From Capnocytophaga sp. (lineage in GTDB: Bacteria > Bacteroidota > Bacteroidia > Flavobacteriales > Flavobacteriaceae): DNA of 64,000 nucleotides. Below the pieces are notes generated by a model. That model was not told the DNA's origin and made no database searches. It saw only the letters and a program-made list of their open reading frames with translations. Shown piece by piece: positions 60,429-64,000 of the stretch. The translations under genes and the position numbers were made by a program. The stretch's first letter is position 1. Each line of letters starts with the position of its first letter. The stretch is taken from assembly GCA_030538675.1 (NCBI GenBank), contig JAUNTM010000002.1:4824-68823 (forward strand), in the 5' to 3' direction.

Positions 60429-60481
60429 CAAAGATAATAAACATTTTTGTTTGTTACAAATATGTAATAAATAAAAATGTT
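60429..60481 (-). promoter_or_regulatory. -7 element TATCTTTG (60429-60436) next to a 42-bp imperfect palindrome (60440-60481)
   Basis: AACATTTTTGTTTGTTACA-AATA-TGTAATAAATAAAAATGTT, arms match 17/19. Confidence 0.65.
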
Positions 60482-61331
60482 ACACAACTTCGCTCCTCTG
60501 CAAACTCTCTTTCCAATGCGGAATGTCAATCCCGAAATCGGTTTTGAACTTTGATTTGTCCAATACCGAATAGGCGGGACGGGTTACTTTGCTCGGAAAT
60601 TCGGCGGACAGACAGGGACGTACCCGGCAGGCATTCCCCGTAAGGGAAACGATTTCCGCGGCAAAATCGTACCACGAACAAACGCCTTCGTTTGAGAAAT
60701 GATAGGTTTCTTTTTTGTTTATATACAATTCATTATCAATGATATGTACGATTGATTTCGCCAAATCGGCGGCGTTGGTCGGTGTGCCTGTTTGGTCGAA
60801 AACTACGTTGAGTTCGCTTCGTTCGCCGCTGAGTTTTTGTATGGTTTTCACGAAATTATGTCCGAAACGCGAGTACAGCCACGAGGTGCGGATAATGAGA
60901 TGATTTGCTCCACTTTGGCGGACGGCTTCCTCGCCGAGCCATTTCGTTTTGCCGTAAATGCCCAACGGCGACACTTCGTCGGTTTCGGTGTAAGGCGTAT
61001 TTTTCGTACCGCCAAACACGTAATCGGTGGAAATATGTATGAGCGTAACTTTCCCTTTTTCAGTGATTTCCGCCAAATTTTTCACCGCCAGATGATTGAT
61101 TAAATTGGCTTTTTCGGATTCTTCTCCGGCTTTGTCCACATTGGTATAAGCGGCACAATTAACGATAATTTTAACGTTGTTTTGAGAAATGAAACCGGCA
61201 ACTGCCTGCCTGTCGGTAATGTCCAATTCGGCAGTGTCCGTAAAAATAAAATTTTCTCGGTTGGCGATGGACTTGATTTCAGACCCCAACTGACCGTTTG
61301 CTCCTGTGATGAGAATTTTTTTATTCGGCAT
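60480..61331 (-). CDS. rfbD: dTDP-4-dehydrorhamnose reductase
   Basis: TGANGQLG, STDYVF, YGKTK, DQ.GTPT. Likely start MPNKKIL at 61331. Confidence 0.96.
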   Translation of the reverse strand: MPNKKILITGANGQLGSEIKSIANRENFIFTDTAELDITDRQAVAGFISQNNVKIIVNCAAYTNVDKAGEESEKANLINHLAVKNLAEITEKGKVTLIHISTDYVFGGTKNTPYTETDEVSPLGIYGKTKWLGEEAVRQSGANHLIIRTSWLYSRFGHNFVKTIQKLSGERSELNVVFDQTGTPTNAADLAKSIVHIIDNELYINKKETYHFSNEGVCSWYDFAAEIVSLTGNACRVRPCLSAEFPSKVTRPAYSVLDKSKFKTDFGIDIPHWKESLQRSEVV

Positions 61332-61893
61332 AATAATCTGTGTTATAGTCAAATACGAAACCGGCATCGGTCAAAAGCGGACTTTCGGCGTCTTTGGCGG
61401 ATAGAATGACGGCTTCGGGGGCGATTTGCCAGTCGATGCCGATAGCGGGGTCGTTCCACGCAACCGACCCTTCGGATTGGGGTGCGTAATAATTGTCGCA
61501 TTTGTACTGGAAAACGGCCTCTTCGGACAGCACTACAAATCCGTGGGCGAAGCCCCTGGGGATAAAAAACTGCCGTTTGTTTTCTTCGGATAATTCGACC
61601 GCTACGTGCTTGCCGAAAGTGGGCGAACCTTTGCGGATATCGACCGCCACGTCGAGAACTTTGCCTTTGACCACACGCACCAATTTGGACTGTGCGTGGG
61701 GCGGTTTCTGGAAATGCAGTCCGCGAAGCACGCCGTAAGACGACTTGGATTCGTTGTCTTGCACGAAGGTTGTTTTACAGATTTCTTCAAACTTCTGTTG
61801 CGAAAACGATTCAAAAAAATAGCCCCGTTCATCGCCGAAAACTTTTGGTTCGATGATGAAAAGGTCTTTTATGTCGGTAGAAATAAGGTGCAT
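61321..61893 (-). CDS. rfbC: dTDP-4-dehydrorhamnose 3,5-epimerase
   Basis: DERGYF, VQDNES, LRGLHFQ, GFAHGF. Confidence 0.97.
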   Translation of the reverse strand: MHLISTDIKDLFIIEPKVFGDERGYFFESFSQQKFEEICKTTFVQDNESKSSYGVLRGLHFQKPPHAQSKLVRVVKGKVLDVAVDIRKGSPTFGKHVAVELSEENKRQFFIPRGFAHGFVVLSEEAVFQYKCDNYYAPQSEGSVAWNDPAIGIDWQIAPEAVILSAKDAESPLLTDAGFVFDYNTDYYAE

Positions 61894-61906
61894 TTTTTAG
61901 ATTTTA

Positions 61907-61930
61907 GGGGAGAGGGGCTGGGGGTGAGGG
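61907..61930 (+). repeat. G-rich REP-like half element / canonical G-quadruplex motif
   Basis: GGGG-AGA-GGGG-CT-GGGGG-TGA-GGG in the rfbA-rfbC spacer. Confidence 0.65.
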
Positions 61931-61938
61931 TTTCAAAA

Positions 61939-62814
61939 CTATTCTTTCGTAAGTTCTATCAAATATTGTCCGTATTGGTTTTTTATCATCGGTTGGGCGA
62001 GTTCGATAAGTTTCTCTTTGGAAATCCAACCTTTTTTGTAGGCGATTTCTTCCAAGCACGATATTTTCAGTCCTTGCCGTTTTTCGATGGTTTCCACGAA
62101 GTTGGAGGCTTCGCTGAGCGAATCGTGCGTGCCGGTGTCGAGCCAGGCAAATCCGCGTCCGAGCAGCTGTACTTTGAGTTCTTTATCTTTGAGGAATTCT
62201 TGGTTTACGGTGGTGATTTCGAGTTCTCCTCTTGCCGACGGTTGGATGTTTTTGGCGACTTCTACGACTTTATTAGGATAAAAATACAACCCGACCACAG
62301 CGTAATGTGATTTGGGTTTTTCGGGTTTTTCTTCAATGCTAAGCACATTGCCGTCCGCGTCAAATTCCGCCACGCCGTAACGCTCGGGGTCTTTTACGTA
62401 ATAGCCGAACACGGTGGCTTTTTGTTCGTTTTCAGCACTTTGCACGGCTTCCGAAAGCATTTTTGAAAAGCTTTGTCCGTAGAAAATATTGTCGCCCAAT
62501 ATCAGGCAGGCACTGTCATTCCCGATGAATTTTTCACCGATGATGAATGCCTGTGCGAGTCCGTCGGGGCTGGGTTGCTCGGCGTATTCCAACCGTATGC
62601 CGAAATCGCTACCATCGCCTAATAACCGCCTAAATCCGGGCAAATCGTGCGGCGTGGAAATGACCAATATCTCACGGATGCCCGAGAGCATCAGCACCGA
62701 CAACGGATAGTATATCATCGGTTTGTCATAAACGGGAAGTAACTGCTTGCTTACGCCTTTGGTAATCGGGTAAAGCCTTGTGCCTGAGCCGCCTGCGAGA
62801 ATAATTCCTTTCAT
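61939..62814 (-). CDS. rfbA: Glucose-1-phosphate thymidylyltransferase
   Basis: [31 protein letters not shown]. Confidence 0.98.
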   Translation of the reverse strand: MKGIILAGGSGTRLYPITKGVSKQLLPVYDKPMIYYPLSVLMLSGIREILVISTPHDLPGFRRLLGDGSDFGIRLEYAEQPSPDGLAQAFIIGEKFIGNDSACLILGDNIFYGQSFSKMLSEAVQSAENEQKATVFGYYVKDPERYGVAEFDADGNVLSIEEKPEKPKSHYAVVGLYFYPNKVVEVAKNIQPSARGELEITTVNQEFLKDKELKVQLLGRGFAWLDTGTHDSLSEASNFVETIEKRQGLKISCLEEIAYKKGWISKEKLIELAQPMIKNQYGQYLIELTKE

Positions 62815-62947
62815 ATCTTAGTTGTTGTTTGATGTGAAATAAGTTATAGTAAAATACACCAAAGAAAACACCAGTCCAAGCAAAGACCAAAACCTCAAGG
62901 AGGTTTTCCTCCGCCTTTGTCCGAAAAAAATAAGTATTCTTCTCTGT

Positions 62948-63010
62948 AAAAATTGCTTTTACTAATGAAATCTATAGCCGTTGACCTATTCCAGCGATGA
63001 GAATATTCAT
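62948..63010 (-). pseudogene. Remnant 5' end of a deleted gene (MNILIAGIGQRL*ISLVKAIF)
   Basis: ATGA overlap with the GT4 stop and an in-frame TAG at 62972-62974. Resembles the N-termini of ATP-grasp proteins in polysaccharide loci (recall). Confidence 0.5.
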
Positions 63011-64000
63011 TTAAAAAGATTTTCTACTAATTCAGCATATTGTGTTGTTACTTTCTTTTTTGTATAATCTTTTGTTATGTGAACGTATCCATTTAGCCCT
63101 TTTTTCTCATGTTTGTCAGTTGTTTCATGTAACAAAATTGTTATTATTTCATCTATTTTCTTGTCCATATTTTTTTCTGTAACCAAGTAAGCGCATTCTT
63201 TATTGCGTAAAAAATTGATTATAGGCGTTGTTTCCCCCGAACACACTAACATTGGTTTGGCACAAGCCATAATCGTATACACTTTTGATGGAAATCCGTG
63301 TCCTTCCGTTTCAGGACTCATGAAAATAAACTGTATATCGGCGTAAGCCAATAATGAAGGCATTAAATTACGAGGCTGGTAATCCAACAAATGAAGTCTT
63401 GTTAAGCCATATTCTTTCTTTTTCTCCCATAGGAAATCCTTCATCACACCTTCGCCAATTACAAAAAAATCAATTGCTTGCTCTCTGAGTTTTATCGCTA
63501 AAGCTATAAGCGTTTCCCAATCTTGTGCAAATCCGATGTTACCTGCGTACATCAATTTGATTGAATTACTTTCGGGGAAAAGAGACGGATTAAGGATTTC
63601 CGTTGTTGCATTGGGTCGGTACAAATCCGTATCTACAAAATTGGGAATAATGTACAATTTGGATTTGTCTTTAAAACGTGGGATTATCGTGTCGTAGAAA
63701 ATCTTATCAATCGTTGTAACCGCATTTGAATTGTTGTAAACGAATCGTTCGAGCCACTTCAACACCGAAATTACAGGCTTTGATTTCAATCCGCTGTTTT
63801 CTATTAACAAATCAGGGTAAATCTCTTGTACATTGTAAATTACTTTCGCACTTTTAATTTTTCCGATTAAAATATTCAGAAAACCAATCGTAAGAGGAGG
63901 CGAAGGGGATAGGATGACATCAATTTTACGCTCAAAAATGCCCAAAAAGAAAGATATTATATGCCAATACAAAAAGCCAATGATTCGCAATAACGTATTT
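63007..64000 (-). CDS. GT4 (WbuB/WcaI-like) glycosyltransferase, 5' end outside window
   Basis: SPPLT, VQEIYPD, IPNFVD, YAGNIG..Q, FPSK. Confidence 0.9.
   Translation of the reverse strand, partial: NTLLRIIGFLYWHIISFFLGIFERKIDVILSPSPPLTIGFLNILIGKIKSAKVIYNVQEIYPDLLIENSGLKSKPVISVLKWLERFVYNNSNAVTTIDKIFYDTIIPRFKDKSKLYIIPNFVDTDLYRPNATTEILNPSLFPESNSIKLMYAGNIGFAQDWETLIALAIKLREQAIDFFVIGEGVMKDFLWEKKKEYGLTRLHLLDYQPRNLMPSLLAYADIQFIFMSPETEGHGFPSKVYTIMACAKPMLVCSGETTPIINFLRNKECAYLVTEKNMDKKIDEIITILLHETTDKHEKKGLNGYVHITKDYTKKKVTTQYAELVENLFK

Overview
A 64-kb chromosomal segment of a Flavobacteriaceae bacterium, Capnocytophaga-like by inference from gldD/gldE, susC/susD, TAnnTTTG promoters and the split atp operon. 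It is mostly housekeeping: fabH-accB-accC, lptE-secG-groES-groEL, rpiB, a WecA/MraY-type transferase, aldehyde dehydrogenase, an orphan susC-susD pair, MATE, trmB, a PhoP/PhoR-like two-component system, rsmI, a pfkB kinase, purF, atpDC, recX, tsaB, tatA-mutY-ssb-gldE-gldD, an iron-type TonB receptor plus PepSY, cyoE-cox3-cox3-cox4, uvrC, an M20 peptidase, atpBEFHAG, an S8 protease, and the end of a surface-polysaccharide locus (GT4, rfbA, rfbC, rfbD, an inserted ATPase, rfbB). I saw no rRNA, tRNA, CRISPR array, transposase or phage gene. The most interesting signals are small and non-coding. (1) Two identical G9-TAA tracts, one inside the 5' end of susC where either slip gives a near-immediate stop and one upstream of the WecA-like gene, are candidate phase-variation switches for surface functions. 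(2) A nested MITE-in-MITE has a second copy of its outer end breaking an HPD/J-domain-like gene. (3) A lipoprotein gene is flanked by a duplicated 3' end of its neighbour. (4) Several strand-skewed micro-repeat fold-back elements lie in intergenic spacers, the largest with multiple UUCG hairpins. (5) An ATPase gene with its own palindrome-covered promoter sits inside the rhamnose genes.
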